Shown here one piece after another: positions 51,162 to 63,040 of a stretch of 64,000 nt of DNA. The notes beneath the pieces were generated by a model. The model worked only from the letters and a program-made list of their open reading frames with translations, was not told where the DNA came from and searched no databases. The position numbers and the translations under genes were made by a program. Within the stretch, counting starts at the first letter, position 1. Each line of letters starts with the position of its first letter. Origin of the DNA: Azolla caroliniana (lineage: Eukaryota; Plantae; Polypodiophyta). The stretch covers positions 6,448,001 through 6,512,000 of the forward strand of contig JBHGNT010000020.1 of assembly GCA_043228905.1 (NCBI GenBank), given 5' to 3'.

Positions 51162-53179
51162 TCTTCTTCCTCGATCACCATTCGCCTCGATTTTGTCTCC
51201 TTTTAAGCTTTATTTCTTTTGTTGGTGGCGCGTTGCTGCATCTCACCCCTCTTCGATCGTCCCTCATGGGCCGTCTTGTTGTCGTCGATATTCTCGCTCG
51301 CCCCTTATCGTGTAGTCGGCATACACTTTCCACTTTGCTCCAATCCTCGATGAGGCCATTTGCACCATCATCTTCTTCGAGTTTGAGGCCGATGGACATC
51401 CTTTCCAGTCGATTGATTGACTTCACAAACATAAGGACCTTATCGACCCCCACTAATCTTTGTTCCCGCTCCGAGAGTTGAGAAAAATGATGCTCGAAGT
51501 CTACGAATGCTTGTGTTGCGCCTTGGTGGGTCTTCGTTGATGTCACCCATTGGTCGAAGTTGCGTCGATCTCGTCCCTTCAGTCTCTCATAGCCATATTC
51601 CTCCAATAGAGCCTTCTCGAAAGTCGCCCACGAATCATGAGCTTCTAGAAGCTCTTTTACATCTTTGAAGATCGGTTGAGACACCACCCGACAAAAGTAC
51701 TCCAGCCTCATAGTTTCGTCCACACCTCTTGAATCCATCTTCGCATTGTAGACTTTTAGAAAACTTTGGACTTCGATAGCTTGTTGGGCTTCATTTCGTC
51801 TTTTCCCTTCTCTCAAAAACTCCATCATCCTTTTTGACATTGCCTCCATGAGATATTCGCCATCCATCTTCGTCCTCCCCTGCTACTCTTCACGTCAGGT
51901 TCACCAAATGATGTCGCGAAGATTCGCGCATGCGTGTGCTACTCGAGCGACCACCGAGGTCTTGGACTGGGGAGGACGTTCGCGGAATTATCGAAGAGAT
52001 GACGATCAATGTAAGATTTGATGAAATTTGTTCACTTGAGAAGAAGAAGGATTGTACACTTGAGAAGTAGAAAAATATGAAGAAGATAAAGAATTATATA
52101 ATTATATTGATGATAGTGATGTTGGTGATATCACATATTGAGCCCCCCTTACACAAGCCCAACTAGAGGCTTTTATAGGTCTTTCCATGCTTGTGACATG
52201 CACAAAACTATGGGCTAAAACCATGGTTTTGTGCACACGGTTTTGTTTATGTCATGCACAAACCATGGGTTTAGAACCATGGTTTTGTGCACATGGTTTT
52301 CTATGGTTGTTTCATCTATAATTCGTATATAAAAAGGAAATACATAGAATCTACACTATATGATAGTTTTCCTAATGGTAAGGCAATCATCTTGTATCTT
52401 AGAGGTGCAAGGTTCAAACTTGCTTGCACCCCTCTATATGAACTCAAGTGCATGAACTCAAGTGCCATTAAGCCTTAAGCTTATTTGCTAAGTGTATGTG
52501 CAATGTTGCACATCCTTGGTTTATTCGTCTCACTCGGTTTCACACCGTAGCCGAAAATCGTCACGACATCGGTTTAGGGATCGGTTTGGGTCAGGTTTGA
52601 GAACCCCAAAACGGTTTAGGCTTAACCGGTTTGGCTTGGATAAGGCCAAACCGGTTAAACCTAAATTGAACCATTGTTGATTCCTAGTCGAAACGGCAAA
52701 GTTGAAAGAGCTGAACAACCGAAACGTTGAAGAGGTAGTTGAGTACAAGGAAGCAGAAAGGAGGGAGGACGATCGAAGGGCAAAAGGAGCCGGAAACCAA
52801 TCGGCACACCGGTAGAGAGCACAAAGACTAGCATATGTGTTGAACTGATAGCCTGGATGCTGAAAGCCAAATCGGTTACTAGCCGATTCAAGCACCAACC
52901 GACTCTACCTTTGCCGATTCGACAACTAGCCGATCGGCTTGTAACATACAAACGATAGTTTAAATTTAGGATGTAATTTAAGCTCACGAGGGAGATAACC
53001 CCATGTCATTGTATGTAATCAGAGTAGTCCTTTTATGGGGAAGTTTGTTGGGATAAAAGGCTTACTCCACCCACATAGTATCCTCAGTGTGAACACTAAA
53101 TTAACCTAACTATAAAAGTAGGTAATTTTCACCTCTCTATTACTCCATACGTATCCTCTTAATTTACTAGATGCCACTT

Positions 53180-53238
53180 TGGAATGTAGGGGTTGAACCC
53201 ATGACCACTTGGTCTCCATTGGGCAACCTTACCAACTG

Positions 53239-53243
<5 letters not shown>
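53180..53243 (-). other. tRNA-derived (SINE-head-like) sequence with A and B boxes
   Basis: Minus strand reads AGCTCAGTTGGTAAGG...GGTCATGGGTTCAACCCC. No intact cloverleaf. Confidence 0.6.

Positions 53244-53294
<51 letters not shown>
53241..53294. repeat. (CT)n microsatellite, about 27 units
   Basis: Read directly. Confidence 0.97.
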
Positions 53295-53299
<5 letters not shown>

Positions 53300-56200
53300 G
53301 GTGAAAACACACAATTATATTAATAAATGTGTGAAAAAAACACTACTTACAATGGGTGTGACAATGGAGTATGGTCACCCACTAACTACACTACAATACA
53401 TGGGTAGTGGAACATGTTGAATTGCCAATAGGCAAGACGAACACTCCACTGAGGAAAGAATTTCCACTTGCTCCAATAAAGAAAATTGCCACATTAGTAC
53501 TCCCTTCAACTTTCGTAGATATGCTTTCACTCCATGTCTACCATCGAATACAAAAGTGTTGCGCATATTCCAATTATGACGCAATCCCCAATATCTCAGA
53601 AATAGAAAAATGATCTACATCTCTGATTTTGGGTCAACCTGTGTCAATTGTGCAAACACCCATTGTCTAGGTGTCAAATAACACCGTGATAAGACTTGCC
53701 AAATTTGAGAAATGTAATTCCAAATCTAACAAGCAATCATACATTGTATAAATCGATGAGTACTATCTTCCATTTAAACAATGCAAAAGAAGCAATTACC
53801 CATTGCTAGTCCACGACACTTTAGAGCTAATCCCAAAGGAAATCCTCCAATCAAAACTCTCCAAATGAAGACCTTTGCTACAAGTGGCAATTTAGAATGC
53901 CAACTACATTGTAAGATCTACCACCATCCATGATCGGATTAATGTATTCCCCATTCTTCTTCGGCCTTAAATGATAACCATCCAAGAGACTTGATAGAGC
54001 AATGATACAAAAGATTAGTAGTCACTTGTAACAACGACTTTTGACCCTTTAAACACCAATCAATCCACGGTTGTTCTCCTGTTTGTAGAGGTAAGGGACC
54101 TTGCATCAATGGAATATTTTGTAGTTGTTGCCAAATAAACCCATAATTAGGTGGAATGTGTAATAATTGTTGCGCTTCAACAAAGTCCAAAATTCTTTGA
54201 GATGGAGCCTCAACTATATCTCCTAGCTCTTTGACCCCCAAATGAAACAAATGATTAAATTGAGAGCGCAATCTCTCCTTTCTTGGCCAACATAATAACC
54301 GAGAAGACACAATCAACTCTTTTTGCAAAGAATTACAATGCTCTCTACTAGGTGATGGTTTCCATACACATAACAATAGTGCTTCTTGCCATGAGGTAAC
54401 CAAGTGTTGAACACATATAGAGCCCAGAATCCTACATGAGATACATCCATTCAGTAATTTCCACCATGAAGCCTTAATCATTGTTCTCCCATGTGTTAAA
54501 CCCTTGTTCTCAATAAAATATTGAACAATAGATATCCATGGTTGTGAGTTTGAACACGGGGCTTGTAATAATGAAAATCTACGAGCCATCATATGCTTAG
54601 ATAAGTTCAATATTCCAGCTCCCCCCAAGCGCTTAGGGGTTGCTAGATGATTCCATGCAACCCAAGTGATTCCCATCCTATCACTCTTCTTCCACAACAA
54701 ATATTGAAGAGGTTGCAAAATAGAATGCAAAACCTTCTTTGTCCATGGCAACAATGGCAAGTAATATAGTATCATGGGTTCCATAATAGATTGTACAACC
54801 TTCAAGCGTACATGAAATGGCCAAGATTGTGACTTCCAATACATGAACTTATCCCTCAACTTACTAGACATCCATTCGATCAATTGACCATTTGTAACAT
54901 TCATTCCTAATGGATAGCCCATGTGTCGAAAAATAGAGCCTTTCTTCACCACGGATCCTTGCCATCCTAAACATTCAAAATCCCTTTCAGTACATGATAT
55001 GAGACTAGACTTCCTCCAATTAATATGTAATCCAGAAGCCAATACAAATTGGTTCCATACAAGCATCCCCTTCTCAAGATTCTCTCGTGAGGCTTGTAAA
55101 AACATGAAAGAATCATCAACCAAAGCTTGTGCTACTAGTTGCCCTCCAGATGGAAGGTGTAGACCCACAATGTCACCATTTGTTGGAAGCCCTTGATAAC
55201 ATCACTAACAAATAGCAAACAACAATGGGCTAAGAGGGCATCCTTGACGAACGGATCTTGTGAGGGCAATATCTTATGTAACTCCCCCATTAAGCATTAC
55301 TCGAGACACCGCATCTTGTCCTAATAAAAATATGAGACAAGACATACGAGGTCCAAAACCCATTGTTGCATTAACCCAGAAACAAAGGACCAATTAACAT
55401 GATCATAAGCTTTTTCCAAATCTAATTGCACCATAATCAATTCTTGATGAGTGTTTCGAGCATAATCCATGGCCATTTGAACATTCAACACATTATGCAA
55501 TATATTCCTACTTGCAATAAAACCATATTGGGCGAGATGTATCAACTTTGGCAAATACTTTTGTAATCTATTTGCCAAGACCTTTGTAAATATCTTATAC
55601 AACCCCCCCATCAAAGAAATGAGGTCTCCATTGATGAAATGACTCGGAAGATGCCACCTTTGGAACTAATTTAATTACACCAACCTTCCAAGCTTGAGGC
55701 ATACGACTAGAATCCCAAGAATGTTGAAACATCAAAGTTACCTTTAAAATGATCAAATATCGCTTAAAAACTTCATTTGTCAAGTCATCCCAACCAGGGC
55801 TCTTACCCCTAGGAAGATGCCTTAAAACTGTGTCCACCTCATCCTCAGTGAAATCCGCATCCAATTCATGACTAATGAGATCATGCACAATACATCCAAC
55901 CACATCATAAAATTCATGACGTGCTCTACCCACCTCATTTGTCATTAACAATTGTGGGCCAATCAACTCCTTAAAGTAATGAACACATATGTCAATTATT
56001 GTAGTAGGATCCACTATTTATTCATCCCCTTGTTTCACATGTACCAGATTTGATCGAGCATAAGTAGGATGTAATGCTTGGAAAAACAAATGAGATTGAC
56101 ATTGATTATCTATGAGCCCATCCCTCAGTTGTCGCATCTTCGCATAACGATAACTTTGGCATTGCAATTGAGAAATAATAACATGCAATTGACTTTGGAT

Positions 56201-58446
56201 ATCCAAAAGCTCCTCATCTAATGGTGCATGTATCAATAATGCATTACACCTAGAGAGAACTTGTGAGAATTGTCGAAGAAGACCTCATTTTTGTTGAGCA
56301 TTAGTTACTCCATACATACGATGAATGATCTTAATGTTTCGTAATGTGATATCCCATGCTTTGACTCCTTTAAGGTTCACTTCTTGTGAAAAATTTACCA
56401 AAATTTGCTCCATGAGAGAATCAAAGTGAGGTTGAAGCAAAAGAGAAGAGTTAAAGCATAATGGAGGCTTTCCGAGTAAGGATTTATACATGTCAATTGC
56501 ATGATTACAAACCTCCAAACAAATAGGAAAGTGATCTAAAGTTCCTACATCTTGTAGAACTTTCATACGAAGTGATGTCGGTAAAAAAGAATCATTGTGC
56601 ATCACATACATTCTATCTAACTGACTCCATGTTTGTCTATGTTGAGCAGATTGGAAAGTAAAACCTAGATCATTCCCATGCAACCATGTCCAAACATCCA
56701 ACTTCCGAACCTCCATAGCCAATGCATCCCAAGCAAGTTGCTCAAGATCATCCATGATTGAATGTTCAGACATAGATTGAGATGCATCAACACACATGTT
56801 AAAATCACCCATAAGTAATCCGGGACGACCCACACATAGGGTTTGAAGGAGTGAGCCCCATAATGCTATACATTGAGTGGCTTGGTTAGGGGCATAAATC
56901 CCAACCACCCACACAACCTCGCCAAAAAAAGTGATTTCTAGAACCAAAAACTAACCATAAGGATCATTATGCACCACTTGAGGATAATATTTATCCCGCA
57001 CGATTAATACCACACTTGAATAATGATTATTAAGATGTCATGCATATAATGATGAATATTCACGTAAATGAACTCTGGATCCTGCTAACTCATGACACTT
57101 ATGCTCAACTGCACATAATACATCCCATTCTTTACTTAACAAAGTTTCCCATAATATATACTTCTTATGAGGAGAACATGCCCCTCTCACATTCCATGTT
57201 ACCACTTTCATTCAATCAACAATGTTATGGGTGCACTTGCTCCTTTAGAGCAACCGATGTCATGAAACTAGTCAAAGCATGATCCAATGTTGCATGTGGA
57301 TTTTCATGCACCACATCCTTAGGGGTGTCTATCGAAATCTTTTGTTTAGGTTCTCCCACTTGACAAAAACCTCAAGAATTTGATGAATTTACAACCCGTC
57401 CCAATGAATCAAATTGAAGGTGAAGGGGTAATCCCTTATCCCTAAATTGTCTTTGCCAAGGAACTTTTCGAGGGCCCTCCCTAGTTCCTGAATTTCCTTT
57501 CCAAGCAGTCTCACGAGTAGTGGGCAAACTATTACGTTGCAGATTCATTGATTTCCCCTTTGACTTGCACTTAACATGATGCCAATCCTTTTCAACAACA
57601 ACATCACTAGTTCTATCCAACGGTTTTTTCCACTTATCTATAACCACCAAACTTTGTTTTTCCATATCCATAGATTGAGTTCCCTTATTCTTAGGGCCCA
57701 AACCTTGAAGTGAAACCTCTTTATAACCTGCTCTAGATGATGTTCCTTCATCCATAACAACCACAATATCTAACACACCAACATCTCTCCCAACTCCTTC
57801 CTTACCATTCCCTTCATTAGGAACCTCTATAGTTGAAGGACAATGACAATGGCATTCCTCCATAACGTGACCCCATTCACCACATCCAAAACAATGACCT
57901 GCAAATGTCTTCCACTTCAATTTAAAACAAAGTCTTTTCATACCAGGTCTGTTCATACGCACCCATCCTGGCCTCTTACGACTTGTATCCCATAACACAC
58001 AAAATCTACATTTATTTGTAGCATTTGCATGTGGAGATACCAACACTTCACCCATTTGACTCATAAACTCTAGTAAAAGCGGCCATAAAAAAGCATGCTT
58101 ACAATCCACTGATACCCAAACAAGGCATTCTTGTTTTAACAAAGCATGATAGTCCACAACGGGGAACCATTGCATTACATGCACCAATCATTTATCAAAA
58201 AACACAGGAACTTTAGCCAACAATGCACTTCGATGTTCCGGTGAACGAAACACTACATCATAAAACCCTCGTGGTCCTGCATATATATTTTCAACACAAT
58301 TTGGTGATACGATTGTGTTCAACTATTGTTTAATCCAATTAATGTATGGGAGTTTCCCGGTAAAAAATAATATAACTACACGATCATAGAATACATCAAA
58401 AGATTGCAACATTGCCTTAGCATCAACTTCCACATCATGCCAAACT
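53300..58446 (-). mobile_element. Decayed L1-clade LINE (ORF1 and ORF2)
   Basis: ORF1 57372-58446 with CFGCGEWGHVMEEC. ORF2: endonuclease (IYAP, GDFN, LDRMY, LDHFPI), RT (KSPGWD, LDLEKAYD, RQGCPLSP, LVDD, GGAGI) and the C-terminal region to about 53400. Stops and frameshifts present. Confidence 0.92.
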
Positions 58447-60337
58447 CAAAATGAAGGTATGGACGAGATTCACTATGTCCTTGGTGTACACACCTCAAAA
58501 AATAATTTTGTCCAAATTCCACCACATCTTGAACATGTCATGTCGTTCAATTTTAGGATGAAGAATTGTAAGACAATCTCAACCCCTCTCAATTACACCT
58601 TGAGGATGCAAACGATTATGACTCCATTCTTCATTATGTGACGTGGTCTCCACAAATAATCAAACCATGTAAGCTACTACTAGTTAATGATTGCCCATCT
58701 TGACCTTATTTACACATTCATTAAGGGTATCTATTTAATTTTGACTATATAGTTCTCTAAATATTCACACCTCTCTAAATCACAATGTGCACTCATAATT
58801 GCAAAGTTCATGAGTAAAATTCTTGAAGGTCGAGAGTCACTATTCAATTCTACACAAATATTTCACTTTCGGTATAATAGGTCATATTTTGACCTTCAAG
58901 GATCATAATAAAATCTGTTTGTCTATATAGACAGAAGCCAATACAAGAGTGCATCCAAGCACTAACAACATGTTATTCCTTTCTAGAAGAGTCCAATATA
59001 AAGAATGAAGAATACTTTGCCTCGTCGAACGTAACAACTTTAGCCAATGGCTCTATGCTTGTGAGGTCATAATGCAAAATGAAGGTATGGACGAGATTCA
59101 CTATGTCCTTGGTGTACACACCTCAAAAAATAATTTTGTCCAAATTCCACCACATCTTGAACATGTCATGTCGTTCAATTTTAGGATGAAGAATTGTAAG
59201 ACAATCTCAACCCCTCTCAATTACACCTTGAGGATGCAAACGATTATGACTCCATTCTTCATTATGTGACGTGGTCTCCACAAATAATCAAACCATGTAA
59301 GCTACTACTAGTTAATGATTGCCCATCTTGACCTTATTTACACATTCATTAAGGGTATCTATTTAATTTTGACTATATAGTTCTCTAAATATTCACACCT
59401 CTCTAAATCACAATGTGCACTCATAATTGCAAAGTTCATGAGTAAAATTCTTGAAGGTCGAGAGTCACTATTCAATTCTACACAAATATTTCACTTTCGG
59501 TATCATAGGTCATATTTTGACCTTCAAGGATCATAATAAAATCTGTTTGTCTATATAGACAGAAGCCAATACAAGAGTGCATCCAAGCACTAACAACATG
59601 TTATTCCTTTCTAGAAGAGTCCAATATAAAGAATGAAGAATACTTTGCCTCGTCGAACGTAACAACTTTAGCCAATGGCTCTATGCTTGTGAGGTCATAA
59701 TGCAAAATGAAGGTATGGACGAGATTCACTATGTCCTTGGTGTACACACCTCAAAAAATAATTTTGTCCAAATTCCACCACATCTTGAACATGTCATGTC
59801 GTTCAATTTTAGGATGAAGAATTGTAAGACAATCTCAACCCCTCTCAATTACACCTTGAGGATGCAAACGATTATGACTCCATTCTTCATTATGTGACGT
59901 GGTCTCCACAAATAATCAAACCATGTAAGCTACTACTAGTTAATGATTGCCCATCTTGACCTTATTTACACATTCATTAAGGGTATCTATTTAATTTTGA
60001 CTATATAGTTCTCTAAATATTCACACCTCTCTAAATCACAATGTGCACTCATCATTGCAAAGTTCATGAGTAAAATTCTTGAAGGTCGAGAGTCACTATT
60101 CAATTCTACACAAATATTTCACTTTCGGTATAATAGGTCATATTTTGACCTTCAAGGATCATAATAAAATATGTTTGTCTATATAGACAGAAGCCAATAC
60201 AAGAGTGCATCCAAGCACTAACAACATGTTATTCCTTTCTAGAAGAGTCCAATATAAAGAATGAAGAATACTTTGCCTCGTCGAACGTAACAACTTTAGC
60301 CAATGGCTCTATGCTTGTGAGGTCATAATGCAAAATG
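58447..60337 (+). repeat. 3 x 628-bp near-identical tandem repeat of decayed Copia RT/RH sequence
   Basis: Units begin CAAAATG at 58447, 59075 and 59703, and again at 60331. MDEIHYVLG and FNFRMKNCKTISTPL resemble Copia RT (compare 33570-33710). Confidence 0.95.
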
Positions 60338-61189
60338 TAGCACCTTTAGAGTGGAAAGCGTTGAAGCATGAGTGTCCAATCATGGGTTATCAAGAGCAAG
60401 TCTCCACATTTGTACTCTCTGTCACTACAACTGGCTCTATTAATGAGCTCTATAAGCCCTTCCTAAATGGCCTTCTCTAAGGGTATGCTCGCATGTTGAG
60501 GACCTAATATTTAACTCCTAAACATCTCTCACTTTTGGTATTGTGCTAGACACTACACAAACCTATTTGGATATATAAAGGGTAGGGAGTCATTTTTCTG
60601 AAGGGAACAAGGAATTTGTAGAATATGACCATTTCTAATTTGTCAACACCTAAAACGTGTGTAACGGTAACAACAGCATATGGCAATTGAGACGTCTTCG
60701 TGGGTATGCACAACAATATAGTTAGATTCAGTGTCACAAGTCAATGTACTAGAATAGTAATAGGTTTGGGGGGTCAAAGCGTGGCATGTGCGATGCAAAC
60801 CAACTAAAGCTTGGCTACAGGACAAGCATGCACAAGAGCCTCCATAAAAATATATGATAGGGTACGGTACACTCATTCTCATGTTTGACTCTATAGTTTT
60901 TACATATGGCAGGTGGAGCACGTAGGTAGCAAAGGTCCCCTACCCCAGTCTTGATGTGGGTATTGAGCAACGACAAAATTCCACTGCCCAAACGATGGCA
61001 TCATCGGAAGTAAGGGAGCTCGGTGTTTTCAATTGGGTGTATATAAATAAAATGGGGGCAATCGAAATTGTTCCCATTGATTTATTTTGTTTGCGGTTCG
61101 CTCAGGTCACATTACGTGGTTGTACTGCTTCTTTCTTTGGTGGAGGGGTTTCGTGTTTGAAACAAAGAACAAGGAGTGAGAGTGAATGA

Positions 61190-61328
61190 ATGAGTTGAAC
61201 ACCCCCCCCCCCCCCCACCCCCCCCTCCTCTCTCTAAAAACGGAAGCCACAACCAAAACGAGGGGCATGTGGAGGATAAAAAAAGAAGATGCAACCAACA
61301 CCAACACCAACACCATCCCATCATCTAA

Positions 61329-61359
<31 letters not shown>

Positions 61360-61459
61360 GTATACATATACATATACATATATGTACATAAATGTATATC
61401 CATATCCATATACATCCCTCCTTCTCCTCCTCCTAATAATAGAACCCCTCCCACCCCCA

Positions 61460-61491
<32 letters not shown>

Positions 61492-61661
61492 AGAAAACAC
61501 CCAAAAAATAAGAATAAGGAAAACAAAATCTCCTCTGTCTCTGTCTCTGTCTCTGTGTGTGTCTGCGAATTCGGGGGTGTGGGTTAGGCTAGGCCCTCAG
61601 AGTTCTGCGAAGGCAGGCAGAAAGCATTTTGCGTTAATATTATGTACATACATACGTATAT

Positions 61662-61695
<34 letters not shown>

Positions 61696-62290
61696 GGTTG
61701 CATTGCGTTGCGTAAGAGGTTGGTTCCTTTGTTTTTGTTTCTTTTCTTTTCTTTCTGCTTCCTTTGCTTTCCTTTGCTTTCCTTTGCTTTCCTTTGCTTT
61801 CCTTTGCGTTGCTCTCTCTCTTCTGTCCGTCGACCTCTTCGTCGCTCCTCTCTTTTCTTTTCTTTTCTTTTTTATTGTATCGTCTTTTAAGCGTCGGTTT
61901 ATTCATTCATTCACCTTTTCCCGTTTTTCTTTCTTCTTTTTTCTCCCCTCCCCCTTTTTATTTTATTTAATTTTCTTTTCTTTTTCTTGATCCCTTTTAT
62001 TTATTTTTTGGTTGGATTTTTGCCTTTGCCTTTGCCCTCCCAAGCTCCACATCCAAAGTGGTCATTCATTCATTCATTCATTCATTCATGATTGATTGAT
62101 TATTGATGAGTTAAAGGAGGATCTCAGTTGTGCTCCTCCTCGTCTTTGTTCAATCTGATTCTGGGCTATAGCTTGGTTTCTATTGATTTTCAGGAATAAG
62201 AAAAAAAAATTCATAAAGGAAAGGCCAGGAAGCGAGCAAGAAAGAAAGCTTCTGATCAGGTAAGCTATGCTATGCTATGCTATGCTGTTT
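61190..62290 (+). promoter_or_regulatory. Microsatellite-rich promoter/5' UTR region of the downstream gene
   Basis: poly-C, (TACA)n, (GA)n, (GACA)n, (TTTCCTTTGC)n, (TTCA)n and (GCTAT)n in non-TE sequence upstream of the VQ ORF. The function is inferred. Confidence 0.5.
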
Positions 62291-63040
62291 TTCAGAAATG
62301 GATTTTGTTCTTTTTTCTGCTTCGCGACCTTTAAGCGTTCTGTTTCGTAACAAACATCATACATCTGTTAACGTTCAGCGTTTTTGTTAAAAAATAAATA
62401 AATTTAAAGCATCTTTCTATAGAAGAAAAGCAAGAAAGAAAGCAAAAAAAATCAAGAAAGCTTCTGATGAGGTAAGATATGGCGTCCTTACGAACGTGGT
62501 TATGCTATGTATTCCTTTTCACGAGATAATCTATATATCGTTTCGAATGGTTTTACTGTCTTTTTTAGTTACATGAGATATTATAAACTTTGGTGTTTTC
62601 AGAAAGTTTTCTTCTCTGTTTGAAATTCAATTCTGTCATTTTAAGTTCTTATTTGCCTTTTTATTCTGTCTGTTCTGGCGTAGATTCATAGTGATTACCT
62701 TCGCTTTCTTCTTCCAAGAAAGACAGAACTTGAGCCAGTTACCTCTGCTCCAAAACCACTCAAGAAAACCAGGGAAAAGATAATCCATCTTTGCCTTCTC
62801 TTATTTGTTTGCTGATTTGGCAATTCCAATATTTAAAGAAAAGCAAGCAAAGAAAATACAAGAAAAGGGAAAACCAAAGTAGAAGCGAAGGAAGCGCAAA
62901 GGAAATCAAATTTTCTCAGAGTAAAGAAGGCCCAGGAAGTAAACGCAAAGCAAAGCTATTGAAACCAAAAAATAGATGAGGAAAAAAGACAGAAAATAAG
63001 GATAGCCTCTATTTGTTTGAGTTTGTGGTTCTTTTTTTCC

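Larger units (their letters stand above)
36831..52568 (-). mobile_element. Deleted tRNA-Trp-primed Gypsy: 5' LTR 51912-52568, gag, 3' LTR remnant 36831-37013
   Basis: LTR match over about 180 bp, 4-bp TSD TCGG, PBS TGGTGAACCTGACGTG at 51891-51906. The gag at 51175-51867 resembles 37721-38300 (KVLMFVKSI, GLIEDW). No pol. Confidence 0.85.
36404..52686. mobile_element. hAT-type non-autonomous element/MITE (about 550 bp of its own: 36404-36830 and 52573-52686)
   Basis: 8-bp TSD GTCGAAAC (36396-36403 and 52687-52694), imperfect TIRs TATGCCTCGGTAATGG and TAGGAATCAACAATGG, subterminal AAACCGGTT-type repeats at both ends. Confidence 0.8.
25598..53125 (+). mobile_element. Old Ty1/Copia (Tork-like) element hosting a 27-kb nest
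   Basis: 5' LTR 25598-25912 and decayed PBS TAGTATCAGAGC. WFLDSG protease, integrase 27160-28340, RT/RH 35028-36400. PPT ATGGGGAAG, and a matching but truncated 3' LTR TGTTGGGATAAAAG at 53046-53125. Confidence 0.88.

Noticed and set aside
5507-53243. Functional tRNA genes at the four tRNA-like sites
   Set aside because: Acceptor and anticodon stems do not pair. Only the boxes and T-arm-like parts remain.
61107-61990. ORFs of 133-233 aa
   Set aside because: They are translations of microsatellites with no protein-like content.
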